Below, in pieces: positions 47,543-58,654 of a DNA stretch of 64,000 nucleotides. Source of the stretch: Fistulifera solaris. Lineage: Eukaryota. Each line of letters starts with the position of its first letter. The stretch's first letter is position 1. The translations under genes and the position numbers were made by a program. The notes under the pieces are model-generated. The model was not told the origin of the DNA, did not search any database, and saw only the letters and a program-made list of their open reading frames with translations. The stretch covers positions 1,612,001 to 1,676,000 of the forward strand of contig AP026123.1 of assembly GCA_030295235.1 (NCBI GenBank), given 5' to 3'.

Positions 47543-49044
47543 TCGTTTTTGTTTGGTATGAAAAATTCACTTTCACATTGCAATGAAGCAAACATTATCA
47601 TCAACACACGTCGGGTCGCTTCGCGCAATATTTCGCGCACAGAAAAACCGTGTCCCGAGTAAGCTGAACATACAGTCTGCTACTGTGTGGCTTTTACTTC
47701 TGTGAGTCAAGTGTCAAGTGTCACAAAGTGTGTACAGTCTGTCCGTGCGTCCTCTGCGACATATCCCAACAACACTGCGACATTGGCCAATATTCGTGTA
47801 CCGCTCCGAACTACCATCTACATTTTAGGCTTAGACATTAGTTTTACTACTTTCAGGACGTAGTGTGTCTAAACCGTGTTCTTTGGCCAGCACAGGATTT
47901 TTCTGCTCATTACTCCTATTATTTTACCTTCAACTTCATTTTTTTGTGCTATTGAGAGTGCCCTTGTGAAAGGGAAAAAAAAACACTTCTCTTCTCCAAT
48001 AGTCTTGCATTCATGATAGAGAGAGTTACGCAGAAACTTCTCCGGAAGTGCGCATGGAAAATCGTTTTAAAAAGGGATTATCTCCATTATACTCCAGGAT
48101 GGCTTTTCTCGATGCTCGATGATCTTCAACGCAGCCATGCTGGATCTTGAGGTTGGTCGTGGCGGAACGTATTGCGATTGTAGAGCTGCAGATATGGTGC
48201 ATGGAGGAAATAATGGATATGATACCTTGACTCGTGAACTCGAGTTATCGCGAATCTGGATCGCCATACACAGCAAACCCACTCGAGAGCAGTACAAAAA
48301 GCGACGTCTCTTAAGCAATTTTCTCCAAAAATGGGCCTACTTGAGTTAATGAACGCCAAAATCGCACAGTCGAAGCCTCACACTACCTTATTATCCAAGC
48401 AAACGCTACCCAACTGACCAGAGTTAATTGCCTCGTCCGGATAAAACGCAAATTAGGAAATACTCAATCGAATATACGAGCAGACTTTGGGGTATAACGA
48501 AGCATTTCATGCAATCTACAGTCCAAGTCGGAGAAGTTTCGCTTTGCTACACACTCAAGTGCTTCATTCGCGACCTTTTTCCAGGGCAATATACCTATTC
48601 TAAGGTGAATGCTACGAAAGAAGATGTCCTTTCTCTATCTATTGGAATAAAATCGAGCTGGTTCGAAGAGAAATATCCATCGAGGAAGCAGTTGTGTCGG
48701 GAATATTGAAAAGCAAAATGATGGCCTGGTCGAATGTCAATTCTGGTCTGTGTCACTCAATAAACACTTATTGAATAATAGAGAATGAAATACAGAACGA
48801 ACACTAGATTGGAGGCGGCGCTATCACCAATATTACACTGTCATCAAAGACGACCAAAGTTAAGGAAGCGACAAGAATGCGGTCACAGAAAAGGGATACA
48901 CGATTTTGCAAATAGGGCTAGTTTAGCTATCGACTACTTGCTTGTCTCGTCTAGAAAATAAACAGAGATGTGATAATAAAATCACGTTCGACTGACGTAT
49001 ATAGTCTTGTAGTCAAAGCTCGATCTCGTAATTCGTGCCGCTGC

Positions 49045-49923
49045 CTAATGATAATGCCCAAAGCGTTGCTGGCAACTCGAGCAATTGTCCATTCGAATTC
49101 GCCGACCAGCAGCCTCGCGGCGTCGTTTCGGCTCAGCATTATGATTGCTTTCACTAGATTGGAGTTCTCGCCGTTCGTTCATTCGATATTCTTGAATCTC
49201 CAAAGCATCCAAACGTTCAATAGTGGCCTCTAATTCTTTCAATGCCATTTCATCGGCTTCCCGCATCTTCCAGTGATCCTTTTTCGGCGCTGGGTTGTTG
49301 AACCAACGATCTCCCATTCGTTGTTTGATTTCATCCCGCGACTGCCACTGCGGCTCCAGTACCGCACGGATCTTCCGCGCGGCCGTTTCCGCGGCACGGC
49401 GGTACTTGTCCCGTTGCTGAATCAAGCTGCCGTTCGCGACTTGAACAATGGAAGCATCTTCCGACATGACGGACTGAGCGTTTTCGTTTTCTTGAACCAA
49501 GCGAGCATATTCCGAGTCGGCAAGGTGCATGGCGAAATTGAGGCGTTCGAGAGATTGTTCGTAATACTCGACCCCGGCCAGCCACTGAGGAGGATCTTGA
49601 AAACGACACTGCGTCGCCTCCCGGGCCAATAGCTCGGATTGTAACGTCACGAGACGAATCAAGAGACGTCGACTGACCATGGGGGCTCCTACGCGAACTT
49701 CTTCCACGTAATCTGAGAGGTCATACGGGAACTCGGGAGGAAAGAGCGTTGCGGGAGGCTGATTCCAAGTATCCTGATGCTGCATGAGGATGACCAGTGC
49801 CTCTTCTAAGTATGCTTTGCTTCGATTGAGAGCATCACTGGAAGGGCGAGGTGTTTGTAGGACATCTGCTGCCATTCGAAAGCCCTGCAGCCACGCTTGC
49901 GTACAAGCCAGAGAATTATTCAT
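49045..49923 (-). CDS. Hypothetical helical/coiled-coil protein
   Basis: Long ORF from MNNSLACTQAWL with helical composition. No family recognised. Confidence 0.65.
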   Translation of the reverse strand: MNNSLACTQAWLQGFRMAADVLQTPRPSSDALNRSKAYLEEALVILMQHQDTWNQPPATLFPPEFPYDLSDYVEEVRVGAPMVSRRLLIRLVTLQSELLAREATQCRFQDPPQWLAGVEYYEQSLERLNFAMHLADSEYARLVQENENAQSVMSEDASIVQVANGSLIQQRDKYRRAAETAARKIRAVLEPQWQSRDEIKQRMGDRWFNNPAPKKDHWKMREADEMALKELEATIERLDALEIQEYRMNERRELQSSESNHNAEPKRRREAAGRRIRMDNCSSCQQRFGHYH

Positions 49924-50382
49924 GTTTGTCCTCGTAGCCTCACAATAGTAATCAATGTGAAAGCTGAGGTAAATCAAAGGGGATAGTATTTTATACCAGT
50001 ATCTTTTCACGAGATCTAATAGGCGTTCAATCTCAATGAAGTCTATGTTTGTTAGGCACAAGTTCGTTGGATGTCTTCTTATGTGAAACAACTGGAAAAA
50101 ATAAGCGGCGGTGTTGAGGTGCGAATAAAAGGAATGAGGCGAGAAAATAAGGTGCGACGAAGTGCGGGAAAAAAGCGCGCGCAAAATTAAAGAATTCGGG
50201 ACTGAAGTCCGGTTGAGTCATAAATTGTAAGCGTCACTACATAATTACATAGTCACTCCCAGTAGGACATAAGAAAGGAGAACGGACGCAAAACGCGAAC
50301 CTTCGCGTTCTTTGCGGTTCTTTGTTCTTTCGTTGCCGATCATGATCTTTGAGACTATCACATATTTTGTTTACTATCTAAC

Positions 50383-51181
50383 ATGACAGAAGACTTTAGC
50401 ACCTACCAAATTGACCCCAATTTCCCACCGGACAAGGCAGGCGAATGGAAAACGCCACCCAAGGAGGACACGTGGGTTCTTTCGCACCATTCTTTACGAG
50501 GCGAACTGAAGGAGATTGAAAAGGCTCTTGTCCACGTAGTGAGCGATCCAATAGCTTGGAAGATTGCCGCCTTGGAATCCATGTGGAAGTACCATCGGGG
50601 TCATGTTTTGGCGCACCACAAAGCTGAAGAAGAAATTATGCAGCCCGTGTTGTCGACGCGATTTCGTTATCCCGAGAAGGTCAGTGCCGCCTCGTCTCTC
50701 CTGCATAAATATTTATATCGTTTACTGAGTAACGCTTGTGACAATAGGCGTCCGATGGGCATAAAGATCTTGAGAAGAATGTTGAAGAGTTACAGAAGCT
50801 TCTGGAGGGTGACGGGGGAAAAGAGTCGATCGAGTCGTTCCAAACAATGTTTCAGCAATATGCCATTGCCCTTCGTCAGCATTTACAAGACGAAGAGGAT
50901 ACAGCTTTACCCTTGCTGCGGGCTTTCTTCACACAGAAAGAATTCAAAACCACGGGAAAACGGATGGGGGCCGAAGGAGGACACGCTGGCTCGTTTGTTT
51001 ACTACATTGGTGAAGAACGATTTCGGAACGAATTCATGTCGAAATGGGGCATGCCGTTCTTTTTGTGGTATATTGTATTTGCTCCGGCGATGAAAGAATA
51101 CCGATTGCAAGTGATTGTTCCAGGGAGTGCATTGCGGCGAATGTGCCGCCGAAGGAGGAGTCGACATGCAAAACGTCGTAG
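50383..51181 (+). CDS. Hemerythrin-like (HHE) cation-binding domain protein (2 exons, terminal frameshift)
   Basis: WVLSHHSLRGE, HHKAEEE, H(KDL) and HLQDEE. Intron at 50680-50747. Confidence 0.85.
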
Positions 51182-51234
51182 GACTATACCGATAAAAGTA
51201 ATTCAACTTTTAATCTCTTTCATGAGCAAACAGT

Positions 51235-52798
51235 TTACAAGACTTGAGCTACGTCCATACTAGCATATATTACAAGCTCCGGAGGGTACACGTTCGAAGA
51301 AAAAGATCCCTTCAGTCGTTTCTCCCATTCATCGTACACCGGATAACGCTGAAAACTTTGCACGCTTCGGTACTCGAAAAAGACATCATCCTTGGAAAGT
51401 ATGGCTTCTCGTCGAACCGCCTCAGTACCACCATCAAACTGGAAGCCCTTTGTGTATTCACATCCCTCCATGGCTCCCCAATACATGCGATTGGACGAGT
51501 TGTTCAAGCCATCTTGCAAAAAGATCACGCCCATATTGGTCAACGCCAAAGCATCTTCTGTGACGGTCATTCCAGCACTGGACACGAGCGATATTTGAGC
51601 CTGATATGCGGGAATAGGAACAAAGGTGAGACCTTTGTCGGAGGAACTAGGTATACGAGTTGTGCGACCCGTCACAATATCAGCTAGATAAGTATTCTTC
51701 GCCGATCTTCTGTCGTGGTCAAAGCAGATTTCGCACGTAAAACTGATACCATCCACCATGAGCCAATCGTACTCAATCATTGTATACCTGTTGACGAAAG
51801 GAAGTCACTTATTAGAACATAATCACAGCCTTGAGCACATGTCCACTCAGTGCGTACCCAATGTTATTCAACTCGTTTTTATACTTGTTCCACAGATCAT
51901 TGTCATATCGCTTTATAGAGAAATCGAAGGGATTGAAGACTGTTGTATCATGGTCGGGAAGCGCTTCATCAATCAACTCCCTCACTGCTGTTTCATTGAG
52001 AAAACGTCGAGGTGTCAAAAAGTCGCTGCTGCTCACGTATCGTTTTGGAACTAAAAATCGCTTTCCGGAATGATCCATTTTGTCAGGATCGTAACCCTTG
52101 TAGAGAGGTGCAAAATTGTAAAATAAAAAGTCGTATGGATCTTCCGTTGGCAGTGCTTCGGATGCAACCACCGTGCCCATGACAAACAGCCAGTTCTCGA
52201 ACTTTTGTTGCGCTACTATTTCTTCCAGGCCTTTCAAGATCTCACAGATTGCTCCGCACTCATTGAAGCTGTCGTCATTTTCATCGTACGCAAGGTGTAC
52301 GCCCCATTGACTCCTCTCCAAAAGAATTCGGGCGCAATGAATATTTTGAGTGTCATAGGATCTGGATCGGCGAGTTCATGTGCACGAGCAACGGCCTCGC
52401 GCATAAGTTCGAGTCTTTGTCGTACATCTTCCAAGGGATCGTCGTGTCCGACATAACATTGAAGTATTGGTCCATCGTCGCCTCCATCGTCCATGTGACC
52501 GTACGAGTTACGACCGATGCACTCCGGATTCTTCCGTCCATCGGGTAGCTTCGCGGGCGCACCTCCCGTATAAATTTGAAACCCAACGCCTTGCACTTTC
52601 GAATACTTGGAATGTGGATGATGGGCGTTGTGCAGATCGATTTCGAGACGATACGAGCGCAGCCCCATAGCAAGAACACCCACCACGAGTCCTACAATTC
52701 CCCATATCACATTTGACACTTGGATCTGATTGCTTTTTTTGTGAAGGATGACGACCCGAACCTCGTAATAGCGGGCTATTTTCCGCAGATAGCGCCAT
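51235..52798 (-). CDS. Membrane-anchored nitrilase/CN-hydrolase-fold protein, paralog 1 (frameshifts, 1 intron)
   Basis: N-terminal TM VIWGIVGLVVGVLAM; KIFIAPEFFWRG, LVPKRY and CEICFDH. Confidence 0.7.
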
Positions 52799-53201
52799 CA
52801 GGTGTTCACTGTTCACTGATACTTTGTTTGAGCTATTCAACAAGGTCTCTTACTTTCATTCTCTTGTCGTTTTTATCATCATGGTCGATGATCATTGCAT
52901 GTCCTATCCGTTACTCCGAGTATTTATTTTTCGTGTCGCGGAAGATGAGTATCGTACCGGTATAAATGACTATTAGATATAGTGTAGATTACTTTTTTCG
53001 AAATTTCCAGTCCCGTGCGTTGTTGACTGCATTACGGGAGCTCTCTATTATTTCGGCGCCATTTTTGTATAAAAATGCACAAAAAGAAATGCAAGGAAAA
53101 CAGAAGACATGCACAAACGCGTTATGATATTCACATCAGTCTACATAAAGTTGTCGCGGTTGTCATTTTCAAAGGAAATCATTCGATTAGTCTTCCAAGC
53201 T

Positions 53202-54827
53202 TTAGAAGCCAGCATGATTCCTTTGATTCGACTTGACTTGAGCGATTTCGACGGGCTCGTATACAACAAGTTGCGGTTCATACAATGCGGCAGAAAACAC
53301 GCCGTCTAACTTCTTCTTCCAGTGATCCCATATTGAATACTTTTCAAAGTTATGTAAAGACTTGAACTCAAATAAGGCGTCCATGTACGAGACGACTGCT
53401 TCTCGCTGAACCGCTTGCGTACCACCCGTGAAAATGTAACCATCCTGACGGAAGCCATCGCATTCTGCCACATTTCCAAAAGTCACATCGTTGGCGGCAT
53501 TGCTCTGACCGTCTTGCAGAAAAATGACACCCCCATTCGTCAAAACGAGTGAGTCCTCGGTCACCGTCATGCCGGCGCTAGAAACAAGAGAAATTTGTGC
53601 CTGAAATTCCGGAATATTCACATAGGCGAAACCGTTCTCATCCGAGTAGCTTGGAATCAACGTACTGCGACCCGAAACCATGTCCGCCATGTACGTATTT
53701 TTAGCTCGTCGCTGATCATGGTCAAAGCAAATTTCGCACGTCATGGAAATTCCGTCAATCAAAAACCAGTTATTATAAATCAAGTGATAGCTGGGAAAAG
53801 TTGAAAGAGACGTTAGTGACGATTTCCGATCTTATTGTTCGAAGATCTCACAAACGACAACGACAGCCACGTACCCCCGATCGTGAAGATCATCTTTGTA
53901 CAAATCCCAAGCATCTACGTCGTACTTGTTTTGACCAAACGGTATGAACAAAGTGTTGTCCGTTTCTGGCAAGTCTTCCGCGAGTAATTCCAAAATGGCG
54001 GACTGGTTCGACATGAATCGGCGGGGTAACAAAAAGTCCTGCCCGCTCACAATACGCTTCGGAACAAGGTAACGCTTTCCGGTGTGATCCTGTTTCGCTG
54101 GATCGTAACCTTTATATAGTAGAGCGAAGTTGTAGAAAAGATAATTGTACGGGTCTTCTTCCGGTAAGACCTGCGAGGCAATGACGGTGCCCATCAGAAA
54201 GAGCCAATCTTGGTATTTCGGGTCGGCCACAAATTCTTCCATGGCCAGCATCAAATCGCAAATGGGCCCGCAATGCGTATAGTCCTCTTCATCTTGCATA
54301 ATATACGCACCATCAATACCCCGCCAGTAGAATTCGGGTGCAATGAATACTTTCAAAATGCTGGAATCAGGATCGGCCACATCGTACGCTTTCTCAATGG
54401 CGTCTTTCATTAATTGAATTCGTACACGAACATCATCAATAGGATCTTCGAGACCCAGATAGCACTGATATTGCAAACCATTTTCGTCGTAAAATTCACC
54501 GTACGAATCGAGGCCGATGCATTCGGGGTTCTGCGGGCCGGTATTGTTGCGATCCAAAAATGCGGGTGCTCCGCCCGTGTAGATTTGAAAGCCGATTCCT
54601 TGGACTTTGGAGTATTTGGAGGTATAAAGACGCGAATGACGTTGCGAAGGGAACCATGTCGACCCGTGAGTAGACATGGCCAGAACGCCGACGACAATGC
54701 CGATGAGGATGCCGCCGACAATTCCGTAAACGCTCATCGTTTCTGTGCAATAGGTCTTGCGGCTGCTCACAAATTCCGGGGCGCCTAAGAGCGACGTATG
54801 CTCGCCTTGTTTCTGATAGCTTTCCAT
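53202..54827 (-). CDS. Membrane-anchored nitrilase/CN-hydrolase-fold protein, paralog 2 (1 intron)
   Basis: TM VYGIVGGILIGIVVGVLAM; KVFIAPEFYWRG, LVPKRI and CEICFDH. Colinear with paralog 1, with the same intron position. Confidence 0.75.
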
Positions 54828-55154
54828 GATACTATTGGTCTGGCTCGAGCGATTGATTTTGGAATGTGAAACGAGAAAAAGAATTTGTGTTGTTGTGAGT
54901 TGTGAAAATGGTGGTTGGAGTTCGATGGGTCGAAAAAGCGAAAGTGCAAAAATAGAGGCGCTCGAAAACCCGCGAAAAAGATTCGTTGAAGATACGTGGT
55001 CTTGTGACGTCACGAAGCGAACGGTACGGTAGATACAGCAGGACAGAGGGCAAAAAAGCAAAAATAATGCGCGGAGCAAAAAAAGAAAAAAGTTCGTTTC
55101 GAAAATATTTTGATTATGCATTCAAAGCAAAGTTTATACTATACATTGTAAATC

Positions 55155-56333
55155 ATGACGACTCCCCTCTCGAAATCATACTTCCCACTCCTCATTACAG
55201 CATTCGCTTCCGGAACGGCGCTGGGTCTGTTTGTCGCCAAGCGTATGATGAAACTATCACCAGAACAACACCTGTGGAGCATCGTGATGCATTCCTTCAC
55301 GGGCGCTTTAATACATGCAGGCGATTCTCTGGAATTGTACGATCACTTGGAAGCCATGAAACGACCGGTCACTGCTCAAGAACTTGCCGAAGCGACAGGG
55401 TGGTCGGAACGCTGGTTGGAGGAGTTTTTGGCTCAAGCCGCCGGAGCCGGTGTTTGCGCATTTCGTGACGGCAAATTTTCCATGACACCGGGATATGCTC
55501 CCTTATTGTGCAACCCGGCAACAAATCCGCGCAGTTTGGCGGGATTGTTTGAGATGTTACTCCCACTGCTCAAGCGGGCGGAGTCTGTGGTCGTACAGGC
55601 AATTCAATCCGGAAAAGGAGTGGATTATGACTTTGGCAATGCACAAATCATTCGTGGCATTGATCGCAAAAACTACAATTGGTTTCGGGATTATCTGATA
55701 AAGGATGTTTTGGAAGATGTAGTTGTTCCAGCCACCGGCGAATCACTGGTGGAAATGCTAAAACGGGGTGTTCACGTGGCCGATATCGGTTGTGGCTGCG
55801 GGGCGTCATCCATCATTATGGCCAAGGCGTTTCCGAAATCGATCATTTACGCGTATGAAGCATCCGCACTTTCATTGCAAGTTCTTCAAGAACGGATTCA
55901 AGCCGAAAACATTCCAAATATTGTCGTGTGCAACGTTGCGGAACGGGGCGTGGGAGACGGACCAGACGGTGATGATGCAGACTTCTCATTTGTCTTTTCC
56001 CACGACCTGCTGCACGATATGACGGATCCGCAAAGCTTGATTCGTGATGTCAAGACAAAGTTGAGTGACAGAGGATGCTGGATTGTTGTCGATATCAAAT
56101 GTCAAAACACGTTGACGGCCAATATTCAATCGCCCGCGTCCGCCTTGTTTTACGGCTTTTCATGCCTTCTATGTCTTGCCTGTTCCACATCCGAAGATCA
56201 TGGGGCCGGGTTAGGAACGTGCGGTTTGCCGGCATCCAAATGTCAAGATTTTATGAAAGAGGCCGGCTTTACCCATTTTGAAGAACGAGGAGTGGCTTCG
56301 AACCCGGTTCAGGCTCGTTACATTGTAGCTTAG
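55155..56333 (+). CDS. Class I SAM-dependent methyltransferase with N-terminal winged-helix domain (Rv2258c-like)
   Basis: TAQELAEATGWSERWLEEFL, VADIGCGCGAS, HDLLHDMTDP and GAGLGT. Confidence 0.9.
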   Translation: MTTPLSKSYFPLLITAFASGTALGLFVAKRMMKLSPEQHLWSIVMHSFTGALIHAGDSLELYDHLEAMKRPVTAQELAEATGWSERWLEEFLAQAAGAGVCAFRDGKFSMTPGYAPLLCNPATNPRSLAGLFEMLLPLLKRAESVVVQAIQSGKGVDYDFGNAQIIRGIDRKNYNWFRDYLIKDVLEDVVVPATGESLVEMLKRGVHVADIGCGCGASSIIMAKAFPKSIIYAYEASALSLQVLQERIQAENIPNIVVCNVAERGVGDGPDGDDADFSFVFSHDLLHDMTDPQSLIRDVKTKLSDRGCWIVVDIKCQNTLTANIQSPASALFYGFSCLLCLACSTSEDHGAGLGTCGLPASKCQDFMKEAGFTHFEERGVASNPVQARYIVA

Positions 56334-56479
56334 ATCTGTATATACCAGACATAGAATTTCGACGTCGTTGATTCGCTTTCGATTTTCGATGCTTGAACAA
56401 ATGGTAATGGAGCTAAGAAGTAACTGGAATAAAAGGCATCAGCTACGAACTTGCTTGTTAAGTCGTCAGGCTTCATGCT

Positions 56480-57160
56480 AACGATTTTGACGTGCATGTT
56501 GGTAAAGAATTGATCAATACCGTTGTAATTGCCATAGTCACAGACTAAGTTGGCTAACGATAACCAAATCTGGCCATTCCTAATGAGGAATACACGTCTC
56601 TTAGCAATTACGTAGTATAAGTTGCGAAAAATCGAAGGGATTCACGACTGAAACTCAGTCGTGGCGAAAAACTTTGAACTATAGTAAAATCGAGTTTGCG
56701 CATCGCGAGATCGATTATGACGTGCAGTTTAATAAAAACCATTTAACACCGTTCTTTTGCCCTAGTCAATCTAATTTGGCTCACGACAACCAAGTGTGAC
56801 CTTCTGAACGAGGGAAACACGTCGCTTTGATTACATAAGTTGCGAAAAACCGACAGGATTCATGACTGAAAATCAGTCGTGGCGACAACGATCAACACTT
56901 TGAACCATAGTAAAAATCAAATTGCACATTGCGAACTCGATTTTGGCATGCTTGTTGATAAAAATAAATCAATGTCGTTACTATTTGCCTTTGCCAAAGA
57001 TCAAGTCGGACACGGATAAGTAGGCTTGATCGTTCTTAATGAGAAATCGACATCGCATTAGCGCAAAGAGCTGTTATTGCTCTTTGCATTTGAGTGGTGA
57101 CTTGACTAAAATGCAGTCGTGGACGCTGTAAACCAACACTGTGGGTCTATACAAAATATT
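56480..57160 (-). repeat. Diverged tandem array (~3 units, ~218-242 bp), each unit carrying the bipartite hairpin element
   Basis: Hairpins start at 56642, 56860 and 57101, each followed by AC(A)CTTTG..CTATAG-like tails. Flanks also align, e.g. TAAGTTGCGAAAAA at 56618 and 56836. Confidence 0.9.
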
Positions 57161-57342
57161 GAACACTGAATGAATGTCCTCGATCGCTGCATGGATTTTA
57201 TCGATGAAATGAATTATTGATCGGTGTGTTGCAAGTAAACATTGAGAAGGTACCTGGTAATTGCATAACAAAACACTCGTCATCGGCACCATGAAGATGA
57301 TACAAGTAAAGAATTGAAGTCTTGGCTGTATTTTTCAACGAT

Positions 57343-58599
57343 ATGGGTGTAAATGGTCTCCTGGTAGTGCTTCATTTATTCGCGCTGACGAGGTTTATCC
57401 AATGCTTCTCTACTACTTCTGATTTGCACAGCATTTTCAGTCCTTTTTCTCTTCATGCGACACGAGAGGATCGATCTTCGAGTATCGATTACGACGTTCA
57501 CCTGTTTTCGCTCAAATGGTCTTCATTGGATGATCCGATAAATTTTAGCAAGACTGTTCGGAATACATGGCGCTGGAAAGACGAAGTACTAGGGGATGGC
57601 CGTGACTTTTTCGTACCACGGCCGAAGACGTTGCATGCTTTGCAAGAGTACATCGTACAAAGGGCGGCTGCCGAGTTCAATGACAGAGAAGCCGACAACT
57701 GGTTACTGGAATGTGTAGTGCTTTCTAATTGTGCAAGATTTGAGATCATATTGTTGACCAGAGATAAGGCAACGACTCTGGAATTTTTGGCGGGATGTTT
57801 CGTCGCTCAAATTCAATCATTCACAAATCTCCGGTTCAAGCAATTGCAAACATCATTTGACCGACCGGGAAATATTGATGGCTTAGCCAAAGTAAAACAA
57901 GCCGATCGGCAGCGTGTGTCCGATCTTGCGGAGGAGCGACATTGGAATCACTTAAAGGGCGCTGAAGCCGTCTGTCGACGTCTCTGCATGATCGCAGCAG
58001 GAATGGCGGATCGCCCCAGTCGACCCGGACGCCCGGTTCCCTTTCAACCCTTTTCGAGTCGTGACGCTCATATCTTGTTGCAGCTGAAACGCACGTTGGA
58101 GAACGCAAGGTCGGCTCCGCGCATTGCCTTGTTGCTTCGCTACGCCTTGATTGCCGGGAAAACGGTCCGAAATCCAGAGAAAATAGAGGAATTGCAGAAA
58201 CTTCGTCAATATGGAACGGGCAATACGAAATACGACAGTACCCCTCCTTCCCACGTATTGGAGCATGTAACACAGGTATGAAAATAATGATCCTGGCGTT
58301 CAGCTACACCAATCTTTTCTAATGAATATTGATATTTCCGGTTTCTGCAGGTTGCGATACAAAAGGAATCGACCCCACTGTCGAAGAATGTGTGAACGCA
58401 TGGGTAAATTTGAGTAATGGCAAAGATATCGCATCATTTCGAAATAGCGCGTTAAAGCTTGCCCTCAATAAAGAGGGAGGAAAAGTGGGTTTTGAAAAGA
58501 CTACACGAACCCACTATTCTTCTGAGAGAAGGGATGACGATTGACGAAGATTCATTCCTGAAAGATTTACAATCTGACCTAGTCACAATGTTTCGCTAG
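57343..58599 (+). CDS. Glutamyl-tRNA reductase-like protein lacking the NADPH-binding domain (2 exons, frameshifts in exon 2)
   Basis: CVVLSNCARFEI, LCMIAAGM, DAHILLQLKR, ALIAGKTVRN and later RLHEPTILLR resemble HemA catalytic and dimerisation motifs. Signal peptide followed by IQC-FS; intron at 58276-58350. Confidence 0.65.
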
Positions 58600-58654
58600 T
58601 GCACTTAAGCCTTTTTTATAAGGTTATAGCCGAACCTCTCCTGCCTTAGCTTTT

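Noticed and set aside
48067..48709. Short ORFs that might be a decayed gene or transposase remnant
   Set aside because: No catalytic motif, terminal repeats or target-site duplication that I can support. A tBLASTx search would be needed.
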